Source: Camelus ferus (Eukaryota). From it: DNA of 64,000 nt. Each line of letters starts with the position of its first letter. Position 1 is the first letter of the stretch. Made by a program: the position numbers and the translations under genes. Below, one piece after another: positions 37,436-49,319 of this stretch. The DNA lies in contig NC_045697.1 in assembly GCF_009834535.1 (NCBI RefSeq), forward strand, positions 105,650,001 to 105,714,000, written 5' to 3'. The notes beneath the pieces are model-generated. The model made no database searches, was not told the DNA's origin, and saw only the letters and a program-made list of their open reading frames with translations.

Positions 37436-39574
37436 AAGCTAGTAAACATTAAATACGATTTCCACTTTCAAAAACTTTAGAAGGAATAACTAATTACTCC
37501 ATGCTGAACCCACTGACAGATGTATAAATTTTTATTCCAGATTGAAATTGGGGTCCAAAAAGATTATTAGACTTGCCAAAGATCAAAAACCGCATTGTTA
37601 ACAAAATGTAGCCTGGTGATTCAGCAACCAAGTGGACTACTCAGCTTTTCCTGTCCCTTCAAGGTCCTTGTAATTCAGCATAGAGCATTCTAAAAGCAAC
37701 ACAAGGAAAATAAAAGATATCAAATGTAGGCCATATAGGGAAACAATACAGCTCTAGGTATACTATTAAGAAGAAGATAAAACAAGCCATAACCAAAGAT
37801 GTTCAGACAAAGCAAGGAGGGGTGGGGGGATAGAAGAAAGAAAATAACTTGAGATTATTGAACCAACTAAACTATTAAAAAATAGAATGAATTGAGTAAA
37901 AGAATAAAGAACCAACATTCAAGAACACATGACAAAAAATGAGTATCGGGAAAAAGTGAGAGAGAGAAAAGGACTCACATTGCTTTCTGAGAAATGAAAA
38001 AAAAAATACGATGGAGTACATCAAGACGAGATTCATATCCCATGTAACTTACTGGAAATTCTCCACCAGAGTTATGCAGCCCTATACTGAGCATGGCATT
38101 CACCCAGAGATTCCAGACCTCTGAGATATGCTTTTGTACCCATGTCACATTTGTACATTGCTTGTCAAAATTCTTCCATAGGCTAGTGATGAATGAGAAT
38201 CAGAGCTAAATATAAATAGCCATGGAATACTGCTCATTACATTAAAAAGGCTTTTCAGCTCAACATTCAAATCCAAAGGAAACTATGTTGGCAATTTTTT
38301 TAATTAAAAAAAAAGAACATCTGTAAAATTAGGAAATTTGGCTGCCTTGAAGAAAAATGGTAAAAATTAACTCTCTGTAAATTTCCGTGGGACCAGGCTG
38401 AGAACTGTGTTCTTTGTGGACACATTGCAAAATTAATTCCCTCATACGCAGTCTTTAAATCCTCATTGAGAAAGAAATAAATTCCTGATCATTGAAAAAG
38501 AGGAAATAAATGTGGGAAATAGTAAGTTTGGGGGTAATTACCACTTTTTCATATTAAAAGATTTCAAGATTATCCAGATGTTTGCACAGTTCCCCAGAGA
38601 AAACTGAAGGCCGCTTCCTGCCAGAATGGAATGAATTATACATTGTATATGTAACATTTATTCTGTCATTAAAAAAAAAATTCCATAAGTTTATTCACTA
38701 ACAATGATATGTTGTTCATTCTTGGAAGATGGGAAAAGCTACATGGGGCATTTTGTAGTTAATTTATTTCACACAGAAGACTCCATTCATGGCTTACCTG
38801 ACTTCTCTGTAATGCCCTTTTGTACCCTTTAGGGCACCTTTACCTTGATGGAACTTCAGATCACCTAATTTAACCAGTCTACATGGACTAGGGAAAGCAT
38901 TGGATTCAGATGCAAACTGGATCCCAACAGCAAAACACTTGGGTAAAATCAGAAGGAAAATGTTGTGACATACAAAAAGGGAAACTCAGATTTCATCCCA
39001 AGAAACCATATTCTTTGAAGAATTTTTCAAAAATGGACTTTATTTTGCAAGCTCATCTTCATACTGGTTTTAAAACACTGCTTCCAACAATGTGTATTGA
39101 ACAGATTTAAAGACCAACACGTGACCCTTTTTTCCCTCCTCCCCTCAGTAGACTCTAATGAGGTGATAATAGGAGAGAAGATTGTCCCACATTTTGAGGC
39201 AGGGTCAGTTATTCAAAAGCCCTCTTTGAGTAAGAATTAGAATTTGGGAAAAAAGATGAAACTGCAGAAGCACAAACTACATATTCCTATAGAGAGGGCA
39301 AGACTCTCCCAGGCTGATCACAATTGTGGTATGTTTGTTACATTTACACCAAACATATTTTATAGCTTAATTGTTACCATTTTGAAAAATGTAATTTCAT
39401 GATTTGTTTAGTCTGATGTATAGAATAATGTAATGAAATTTAAAAGATAATATTAAAACAAAGATAGTATTAAGATCAACGTAAATATGTGGAATCCGTC
39501 TCAGGAAGTAAAGGGACTTGCCTAACCTCAGCTCGCTCCTGGTCTGGGACCTGGTATACAGGTGTGTTTCCTCT

Positions 39575-39680
39575 CTTGACTGTTTGAAGGTTCCATACAC
39601 AGTGGCATTTTCTGAAATTCTCTACTTGGTGCCTTGCACACAGTAATGTATGACAAATCTTTGTTGAAAGAGTGATGGAA
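39575..39680 (+). mobile_element. L2 3' end, degraded
   Basis: GGTGCCTTGCACACAGTAA...AAATCTTTGTTGAAAGAGTGA. Confidence 0.5.
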
Positions 39681-41982
39681 CTGGAGAGGCCTGGTTGATG
39701 TAAGGAGAGTGGCCTTCTGTGAGGGGAGAACAGGTGGGTAAGGGTGGGTGGGGGGTGGTGGAGGTGGGGGGTGAAGACAAACAGTTATGAACCATGTAAC
39801 AACCACATTTGTTAGGTTCTTACTATGAGTCAGGGTTGGGTGTTCTTTTGCTGCCTGAATAGCTATGCTATTTAGTGCATTTAATTGTGCTTATTAGAAA
39901 TAAGTACATTGTCTTCATTTTTAAAGGTGAGGAAGGAAGATAAGTAGGTGGCTCTGAGACTCTAGGACAGGTCTCTCAAACGTGAAGACCTAGGCTCTTT
40001 TTCCTGAGACCTAGGGTTTCCCTCAAGGAGGGAAATTTGCTTAAGCCCATTGATAGAAAGTAAGTGGGAGAACAGAGTGAGAAACTTACTAGAAATGCCA
40101 ATATGCCCAGTATATCCACTCTCCATTGAGTGTAATTTCTGTCCCCCTCCTCCAATTATTAGCATATTTCCCTCCTGCCTTCTGCTTTGAAATTTGATTG
40201 GGTTGCAGAAAGTGTAAGAAAGGTAAGAATAGAAGTGCACCCAATTCATAAGTGGGGGAAAAGGAAGAAAGCTGAAAATGGCTGAAGCCTCTTCCTACAT
40301 TAATAACGAAGTGGAAAGGGATTAAAGGAAAGATTTCTGGGCTTTTAGCTGCCATCGGTTCACTTGAAGTTGTAAATGCTTAACCTCAATTTCTGTCACA
40401 TTTAAAATAAATGGAAATAATATCCTCCACATTCATAAATAATATAAATAAGTTGTGACATTAGAAAAATTATATTAATGATATTTCAAGGAATAATATG
40501 TCATGGTTACACAAAATAAGCTTAGGACTTTCAGCTATATAAACATTCGTATGTGAAGTTGAAAAAAAATGGAGTAAATGATGTGTAGAGCCAACTGAAG
40601 TCATAAAAGTGTGAAATGTTTTAATCTATATTTGTACTATCCTATAAGTTCTGGGAAGAGGGTTGCTCCAAGAAAACAAAAAATGCAAAACCAAAACATT
40701 CAAGGAGTTGCCTGATCTTGACCCACTTCACAAAATAGTAGTTTCTAAATAGCACATTGAAGTTACACATTTTTTAGATGGAATGTAATTGTAGAATGGA
40801 TCCACCAGCATTTGACCCTACAAACCTTAATTTCCCATGGAGTTTGCTTTCCGTTCCTTCCAGTCCCTCCCATTTCTGCCTCTGGATGCTTACTTGCCCC
40901 GCCTCTGATTCGGAGGGGTCTGTTCTCATTGTGCAGCACAGGTAGATAGGAACCAAATTCAAGGAATCTGACAAGAGGAAAGTATGAGGCCACATCATGG
41001 CCTCTTACAATATAGTAATATTATTGAAATGCAAAGATACTTTGACATCTTTAAGGAATCAAGCAATATGTGGTGTCATACAGTTTTTGTTACTTTTTCT
41101 GAATCCCAAAATATGAAACCATTGATGCAAAATTAATTTATATGCTAACTTTAAAACAGACCTATAGAAATTTATTGATTGAAAAATAATTTTCTAAGAA
41201 ACAATCCAATCATTGGAAGATGGAATAATATTTTGTTCATTATTTCAGTGCTTTTCACAGAAATACATGGTAGATTTGGTACTTAATGTTTGCTGTGTAG
41301 ATTACTAGGCTGAATAACATTTTTAACCACATATCACTTTGGGATAGGTATATAAGACTACATAATCATATATTATATCAATGAATTTTAGTTATTCATT
41401 TATTCTATGGCTTCCCCCAAATTAAAAGATATATATGAATGATTAAAGATATATAAAATGTTGTATTTTTTAATTTAATTTTAAGTTATTGAGAAAGAAA
41501 GTTCACTGTAGGACCTAAATTAGTGTTATCACCTAGGTTCCTATTTGATATGTAAAACTACGTATTCACTGTCTATGATGCTGTATAATGTTACTCATGG
41601 GATGTTACTCATGTCACTCACTGGATGTTGGTTTCATGTGATCAGTGCTTTGCAGGATGGAACTCATACGTAGTTTCCTTGGTAGCCATTCTAATGGATT
41701 TAATCATGATAACTCATTTTGGCACTGTGCTGCCATAATAACTAATTCCATGGGAATCCTAGTGTAATGAAGTAATGATTAAAGTCCGCTAAGCAGAAAA
41801 ACATTCTGGCAACGTCAGAAAACAGAGGTTAGTTGTCCATCATGGGCTTAAAAAAAAGTGTCATGTAAAAATGCAGAGGAGGCACGTGTGTAGAAGGACT
41901 TGGAAAGACAAAAGGAACAGGTTTATCTTAAATCTCTTTTCAGAAGTTTGAGTACTTGATTTCCACATAGAAAATACTAGTG

Positions 41983-42220
41983 ATAACAGCTGCCATTTAT
42001 TGACCACTTATGTGTCTAAGTGTTGTACATAATCTTACTGGATTTGGGGGAACAACCATGAAACAAAGGTATTATAAAGTTTATTTTACAAAGACAGGGA
42101 AATGATGCTCAAAGATGTTAAACAGTTTGCCCATGATCCTACTCTTAGAGGCAGAGCTGACTCTCAAAAACCAGGCTTTCTGAATCCAAAGTCTTCTGTC
42201 CCAAGCAGCCACACTTCTAC
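41983..42220 (-). mobile_element. MIR SINE
   Basis: CAGCTGCCATTTATTGACCACTTATGTG...TTTTACAAAGACAGGGAAATGATGCTCAAAGATGTTAAACAGTTTGCCCATGATC. Confidence 0.8.
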
Positions 42221-42634
42221 TGAAGACCATGATTTCCTAGTATATGTCTAGTCCTCGTTTAGAAAACTCAATGCTTCTAAATACTTTTGGGAACACTTGG
42301 TGGTAGAAGAATATGATTGCTCTGATTCAAAGATAGTTAAAAGCACACAGGCCATTATCCTTGAAAATCACATCTTTTCTCATGAGGCAGAAAAAGATCC
42401 CAACTCAGGGGTGTGATTTCAGAACAACCAAAAGGCCCTCTGTCGAAAGAAATAGACATGTCGACCAAAGTTGAACCATCACCCTACTGCATTTCTTCAC
42501 TTCTTACAGAAAAAGCAAAAATTGTTGCAGGGTTTTGGGTGAGAGAGGGAGAGAAGAGTAAACTGGAGGTTGAGGATTGGGGAGGTGGGAAGCTGGAGAG
42601 ATGGGATGGAACCCAAGGCTTTAAGCTTCATTTA

Positions 42635-42745
42635 TTATGTGTGAATCATTTGAGAAAAGGAACCATGTTTCATTCAACTCCTCCAGCGTCTAACCCAGTG
42701 CCTGGCGCATGGCTCCTATCCCATTATTGTTTGATGAGTTGAATA
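42635..42745 (+). mobile_element. L2 3' end
   Basis: GGAACCATGTTTCATTCA...CAGTGCCTGGCGCAT...TGTTTGATGAGTTGAAT. Confidence 0.65.
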
Positions 42746-42924
42746 AGAGAGATTTTCAGGTCTTTTTACTAGAAAAGATTTAGGAAGAGAAAGAAAAAGA
42801 GAATCTGAAAATCCTAGTTGCTGGGGTTAGGGGTAAGAGTCAGCAGGTAGGACTTTCAGGATAGAGGGAGAATAAAAAGAGATGGGAACTACAAGATACG
42901 AGTAATAGAGTAATAAAGTAATAG

Positions 42925-43195
42925 TATACTACAGCGCAAGACTTTGGAGTCAGGGGGAATCAGTCCCTTCCTCCAATAACCAGATAACCATAGGACCTTG
43001 TATAAAGTATTTAATCTAGGTCTCATTTTCTCATCTCTAAAGTGGGAGCTGATAATTCATTCCATCCTTGCATCCATCCATCTGTCCTGCATTCACACAT
43101 CCATGTAATTGATAGCTGTAGGGATGAGGTAATGCATGTCAATTACTTAGTACACTACCTAAAACATAGAAAGCACCCAGAAAATGACTGTTTTT
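42925..43195 (+). mobile_element. MIR SINE
   Basis: GACTTTGGAGTCAG...GACCTTGTATAAAGTATTTAATC...CATTTTCTCATCTCTAAAGTGGG. Confidence 0.75.
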
Positions 43196-43197
43196 TT

Positions 43198-43350
43198 AAT
43201 CATAATCCTCACTACATCTCTGTGATGTAGGTATTATCTTCATTTAACAACGTAAGTAACGCTCATAGAGAATGACTGGCTTTCCCAGGATCATGTAACT
43301 GGTAAGTGATGGTGGTTTTGTCCCAGGCCCTTCGCTATCATACTGTATTA
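43198..43350 (-). mobile_element. MIR fragment
   Basis: TAATCCTCACTACATCTCTGTGATGTAGGTATTATC...CCCAGGATCATGTAACTGGTAAGTG. Confidence 0.65.
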
Positions 43351-43869
43351 ATTATTCGAAAAGACTCACTTCAGAGCCTTCACAAGAAGAGAAAATCCTG
43401 CCCTTGTAGCCTACTGAGCTATGGCTTATCCTACCCTGTTATTCCTGTAGGTATATTTAACCCTGGGAGATGTTACTGACAAAAAATTTCAAATTTAGGA
43501 ATCACCATATCCAAACTTCTATTTTCTGATTTTGCATGTTTTATTGCATGGTTATAAATTCTCTCTTTGCATTTCCCTAGCAGATGCCAAGTAGAAAGAG
43601 GCTCAGACATTGGCAAGAAACTGGCTCATTACGAGCCCCACATTATCTGCCTTTCTCTCCTTGCTCGCCAAGGCAGTGGTTGATCCTTTGCTTTATTTGT
43701 GGCAGTTTAGTTTAATTTTTCATTGTGACAGGATTTCGTCTCCAATTCTTTACTTGGAGCACAGTTCTCAAAACTTTTTCATTCTGTTATTCCCTTTGAG
43801 GGTTTCCACAACCCTGAAACGTACCTTGAACCACTTGGTTATCAAAATAAAAGTGTGGGAGAATAATTC

Positions 43870-44900
43870 CGCTGTTGGGAGGAGAAGCAGGTGACGTTTT
43901 TACTTTTCCTGACACTGAAGAAGGGAGGAAAGCACCCCGGGGAAGGTAGGAAGTGACTGGAATGCAGGGTGGGCAGGAACTCAGGCCTTACGGTTCCAGA
44001 AAAAGAGAAGGAAGCCTGTGATGCAAAGGAAGAGATTGTGCTGCAAATCTAAAGCCGCCCTTGCTGGACAGACTTTAGGACTGTTGCAGCTCTGTTCCTG
44101 TGAATCCCCGGGGATATCCCTGGGGGAGCATGGCATCCTCTTTGAGAAATACTGATTTAAAACAAGCAGTTTTTTCTCCCTTTGTCCGCATTCCCTGCCT
44201 TCCATCTCAAAAACCCTCGCTCCCCACTTCTCTCCTCCCCGTTCTGGCCATCAGTACCCTCCCACCCCAGCCCTGGTCCTCACCCACTCCTACTTGGAGA
44301 AATCCAGTGACTCAGTCTGTTTTGCTTTGGTTTTTCAAGTGGTCTCCCTCAGAACCCCATTGCTCCTGCAGCTAACTTTGCCCTCCGACACAGAAAGCCT
44401 CAGTGATCAATTCAACTTTCGTCTTTTATACCATGTGTAGATGAATACTGCTGGGGTCTTCGTGTTATATGGGTGGGCAAAATTTAGCTGGCAGCAAATC
44501 TGGGCTGGCTTTCTCTTTAACTCGCTCTCTGTATTGGTACCTGGCTTTCCCGGCTTGATCTAGTGGCAGCTGTTTTTCTCTCTGACTTCCCCCTTCAGTT
44601 TCAGTGAAAATAAACTACTTCCTGACTTCAGTGCCTGGCCGTAGAGTAACGTTATCCCGAGTGAGTAGCTTAACTACGGAGTGAGAGGAAGTGAACGTTC
44701 AGCATTGTTTGCCCATTGTGTAACGTTTGTTTTTTACTTTGGGATGAAGAACTTAATCGACTTTTAAGGGCATCAGGCTTATGTTTTGCCCCTACAAAAG
44801 GATTGTTGAGCCGTCCCTGAAGGTTCAACTGCCACCAAGACTAAATATGTTTGCGGCTGGCCCCCTGCCACGTGCTCATTCCAGCACCCTCCCTGATGTC
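43870..44900. promoter_or_regulatory. Candidate enhancer or alternative promoter (ETS/PU.1, IRF-like, AP-1, E-box motifs)
   Basis: AGGAAGTG 43948-43955, TGACTCA 44308-44314, ACTTCCCCC 44585-44593, AGTTTCAG 44597-44604, ACTTCCTG 44617-44624, GAGGAAGTGAA 44685-44695, CACGTG 44869-44874; locally raised GC and CpG; no recognised repeats. Confidence 0.45.
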
Positions 44901-46239
44901 TGGTTCTCATCGTCCTTCCTAAGGCCATTTGCTTTGTGATCTGTCACTGAGAGTTCTGTCATCACGTACTCCATAGTTTCCTATTCTAGCTGCAGCAACA
45001 GACTCACACTCAGTGAGTCTATATCATGACACCAAGTCAACACTACGTCCGCTTTACTTCTTTTTATGTCTTTATACTATTCGAAGTTGTTTTTCCTGCT
45101 CGTTTCAAAACTCTCTTGGATTTGCCACACCCTGCATGTCTATTTACTTATATTGCCTGCTTAGATATTACCATTTTCTGTACCATCTTTTTCGTCTCTC
45201 CTTGCACAGTAAAGCTTACTCTGTCTCTGAGTCTCCCATTTAGGCAGTCTGTCCTCCTTTTACTTACTGAAAGCAAGACCAAAGCTATTTGTTCCTCTTA
45301 AAACTTAGCTTTGATCTTTCTCGGACAAAAGGAATGTATGATGTGAGAAACTTCTTATTCTTTGCCCAACGGGTATATCTTTTTTTATTCCTCCTTCTTT
45401 CTCTTTTCTCTTCCTTCAAAATAATTCTGTCTGGTAAGTCTGTCCTACGTGCACATTTACCTTATAATGTAATCTGACACTTAAATGTGGTCCCTCTTAT
45501 GTCATAAGCAATTTTAAAATCTAAATCTTTAGCAACAAACACTAAGAAATTCAGTATCAATTGCCTAAATGCAAAACTCTAAATCGGCATTAAAGAATAA
45601 AAACACAATTCATCATGTAACAAATTATTTGCACTCATTTTCCAGTCTCTGAGTTAGCCTTAAAAATGATCCATATGCCAGGATTCTAGCTGACTTGTTT
45701 GGTGTAAACCATTCACCTGGGTGAGTGGATGATCTTTTCTCTACAACATTAGACCAGTACATAATCAAGTGTACCTGGATGTTCTTTAACAGATTGGCTT
45801 AGGTATAGAATATACAAATCACTTGTTTCCCTTTTTATCCTGAGATGATGTGGATTCTTGCTTGTGCCCTTAGACGATTACACTAAATGTGATGCTTATG
45901 ATGTCACCATAAAGGGTTTTTCTGCCAAGGGCAGTTTGTGGGGACTTACTGATGTCCCCACAACATCTGAAGTGACAGCAGAAACAGAAGAGGTTGAAAA
46001 AGCTAATAAACATTTTTTAGATGGAACCTGTTTGCATTTCCCCATGATAGCTGGCTTTAAAATATAGAAAGCAAAACAAAACAAAACAACAAAAAAGGAA
46101 AAGCTCTAAATTTCTACAGGGTTTCTCTACCTCCCTAGCATGTTTTCTCTTTTTTGTTCTAAATTCGCTTTACTGTGGCCTTAGTCACTTCTAGAGAAGT
46201 GATCACCTGTGGGGCAGAAGTGTGGGGAGCAGGAGGCGC

Positions 46240-46437
46240 TGGGGTTGAAGCCACATGGAAGCGACAGCTCCTTATCTGTATCTGCAGGATTGACTTCACT
46301 CTCTGGGCCTCATATTTTCACTAAGTAAAATGAGAATAACAATTCTGAACTTCCCATCAGGGGTATGAGATTGAAGATAATGTGAAAACACCTAACAATG
46401 TCTAGAAAATAAAAGGTATGAATCAAATATTATATTA
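46240..46437 (+). mobile_element. MIR SINE
   Basis: GACTTCACTCTCTGGGCCTCATATTTTCACTAAGTAAAATGAGAATAACAAT...GAGATTGAAGATAATGTG. Confidence 0.7.
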
Positions 46438-46871
46438 GTTTATTAATTTGGACTATTTGCCGTATTCGTGAACTGATGCCTGCATCGACTTTGTAGGGCT
46501 GGACCCAGGCAGACGGAGTAGCGCAGCCTTCGTGTGATGTCTGGAACACTGGAAAGGTCCAGAAATGCTCAGAAATCACTTCCTGATATATTGGCCTGGT
46601 GTCTATTTTCACCTTCAGTATGTTCTTACTTTACCTTAATGTTCAGTTTCTTGTAACATGTAAGCACCATTAAGAGGATTAATACTTTGTTTTATCAATG
46701 ATTACCCTTTGATATGAATGGATTTATCAGAAACTTTCCTTTTAGGGGATTTTGATTAGGAACAAAGTAAAGAGAAAGAGGTTTAAGGTTCTGGGATTCT
46801 GGAGCCTGAAGTGTTAGGAAAGAGCTGATGGAGGTTGGTTAAAGGAGTGATGCCTTGAGGGTTGTAGGGGT

Positions 46872-47083
46872 AAATGGTTGCTCAAAGGCTCTTCTTTTCA
46901 CATTTGGCTACTGAATTAAGGCATCAAATCCCATTGTCCGTCAGAATCACTCAGAAGTTTTCACAAAATACCAACAGAGGCCCCACACCTCAGAGATTAG
47001 GATTTAATTGGTTGAGGAGGGCATCTCTAGTGTTTAAAAGCCCCTCAGGCAATTCAAATGTTTTGTAGAACTGAAAACCATGG
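46872..47083. mobile_element. MER5-type hAT-Charlie MITE
   Basis: TCAGAATCACTCAG...GGCCCCACACCTCAGAGATTAGGATTTAATTGGTTGAGG...TTTAAAAGCCCCTCAGGCAATTC...TGAAAACCA. Confidence 0.7.
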
Positions 47084-47489
47084 AGTTAGAAGAAATAGAG
47101 GCAGAGGAAACATTTTTACCTTTGCTAATAGAACCCACAGGTTCTATTTGAGTTAAACCACTGGAAACCTAGTCTCTTAAAAAAGGATTTATTTCATACT
47201 GGTTTAATTATTTTTAAGACCCACTTTAAAAAGTGAAGCCGTGATATTTATTGAGTCAATTCCGCATTTTGCTGAAGGACATGTTTTAATAATAACTAAA
47301 AGATTCCAGGATCACTTCAGCAATCATTGCAAAGTAACTGCATTGTTACTATTATAGTTTTTGCAGGTCATAAACCTTCTTGTTTTTCTCTTCATTTCTC
47401 AAAGAAACAGAATCATGATAGGATCTTCAAGAAATTCCCCCAAATAACTAATTTGGGTAACAGATTATTGTTTATTGCTTTATACTGTA

Positions 47490-47680
47490 TAATGCAGCTT
47501 TTCATATATTGTGATGATTGGGTAGATTTATTATTATCATCATCATTGGTACTATCTGCAGGTGAGGAAACAAATGGTCAGACACTCTGACTTCCCCAGG
47601 TTACATGCAGATTTAAATCCAAAACTAGAATTTGACCCAGGATTTTGAGGTTAAAATTGCGTCCTTTCCACAAACTCATT
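47490..47680 (-). mobile_element. MIR fragment
   Basis: TGCAGGTGAGGAAACA...TGACTTCCCCAGGTTACATGC...AGAATTTGACCCAGG. Confidence 0.65.
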
Positions 47681-47865
47681 ATTTTGAATTTCATTCTGTG
47701 TTTCTAGATGTTCAGCTGTTATCTTGGTAATTTGGGAGCTTCAACTATTTTTTCTGTACTATCTAGGGATTCAAGGATTATATCATATAGGAAATGCCAG
47801 AGCTGAAGCTTTCCTTTTCTGGTGTCTGTTATTTTAGAATACCAGAAAGCAGAGTGGTCTAATGA

Positions 47866-47999
47866 GAGGGTGACCCTAACTCCTGGTTCAGCCCTGAGAT
47901 GGTCTTTGTTAGTGCTTTTGTCCTGGAGTAATTACTAATAGCTTTCCCTTCATTCTCCAAAGGGTCTCAGTTAGAATGATAAATTATACAGTCAACCTG
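47866..47999. mobile_element. MER94 (hAT-Blackjack MITE) with 8-bp TSD
   Basis: AGGGTGACC...GTAATTACTAATAGC...GATAAATTATACAGTCAACCT follows the recalled MER94 consensus; flanks TCTAATGA (47858-47865) and CCTAATGA (48000-48007). Confidence 0.85.
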
Positions 48000-48072
48000 C
48001 CTAATGAGTATGTATCAAGCTTCTGCATCTTTATTTTGTAAAAATAAGTTGGTTTTTTTTCTTAGGGTTAAA

Positions 48073-48443
48073 TTTTTAAAAAATTCTTATTGAAGTATAG
48101 TCAGTTTACAATGTTGTGTCAATTTCTGGTGTATAGCACAGGGCTTCAGTCATATAGGAACATACATATAATTCGTTTTCATATTCTCTTACACCGTAAG
48201 TTACTACAAGATATTGAATATAGTTCCTGGTGCTACACAGTATAAACTTGTTGTTCATCTATTTTTTATATATTATTAGTGTCTGCAAGTCTTGAACTCT
48301 CAATTTATCCCTTCCCACCCTCTTCCCCGCCGCTGTAACCAAAAGTTTGTTTTCTATATCTGTGAGTCTATTTGTTTTGCAAATAAATTCATTTGTCTTT
48401 TTTTTTTTTAAGATTCTACATGTAAGTGATATCATATGGTATT
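48073..48443 (-). mobile_element. L1 3' end
   Basis: TTATTGAAGTATAGTCAGTTTACAATGTTGTG...GTGATATCATATGGTATT; minus ORF contains YHMISLTCRI. Confidence 0.9.
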
Positions 48444-48544
48444 CCAACAACAGTTTCCATAGTTTTTTTTCTGCCATGTTTTACTTAGAGCTTCACTGAG
48501 ATTTGAATATGTAGAGCATAGAGAATAAAGGTGGTGCCAAGAAT

Positions 48545-48810
48545 AATAGTAATTTACACTTACTAATCATTGATTTATCTAAGCACCAAGTTACATACTT
48601 TACATCCATGACCTCATTTAATACTTATAAAAATTCTGGAAATGGGTATTGGCGTTGTCCTCATTTAACAGATAAGCAAAGAGTATAAATAAGTATGAAG
48701 ATTTAAAAAAAAAAAAAAAACTTGCCCTGGGCTCATGGTTGATTGACAGAGCCCGGACTTTTAGGCCATGTCTAATTTCAAAGTCTAAGATCCAAACCAG
48801 TACAGTAAAA
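48545..48810 (-). mobile_element. MIR SINE
   Basis: ACTTTACATCCATGACCTCATTTAA...CCTCATTTAACAGATAAGCAAA...ACTTGCCC...CAGAGCCCGGACTT. Confidence 0.7.
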
Positions 48811-49319
48811 CCTGTGGCCCTCTCCTCTCACTCATGCTACAAGAACCGGCTTCTCACACAGCCACAGAACCAAAGTTCTCGTCCCTGCTTATTTGCCAGA
48901 TGAAGTAGGGTGTAAAAGAGCATGAGAAAAGGAAAACATTCTATTCAACATGCTGTTGGAAACTTCAAATCTCCATAGTCAGTTGTATCTATAGCAGCAG
49001 GAATATCTGTAGAGAGTATAAAAAATTGAGCTGAAAATCTCAACCATTGCTCTCATGTAGACTAAATATCCAGCAGATTGATGTCTTACTCTTCATCCAT
49101 ATGTTTTAAAATAGTCTGAACCATTTAAAATCAGTAACTTGGCCAGCAATCTTAGAACATTTTGAGTTAATTGAAGCTAGACCTACCTTTAATTATTCAC
49201 ATGAATCTACTGTAAGAAAGGGACCACAGGACCAAGTCTACAGAAAACAGTGCTCGGCGTGGTTAGCCAAATATATGTCACAAGGCTGAAACATTGTAGG
49301 TACATAAATACATAGAAGA

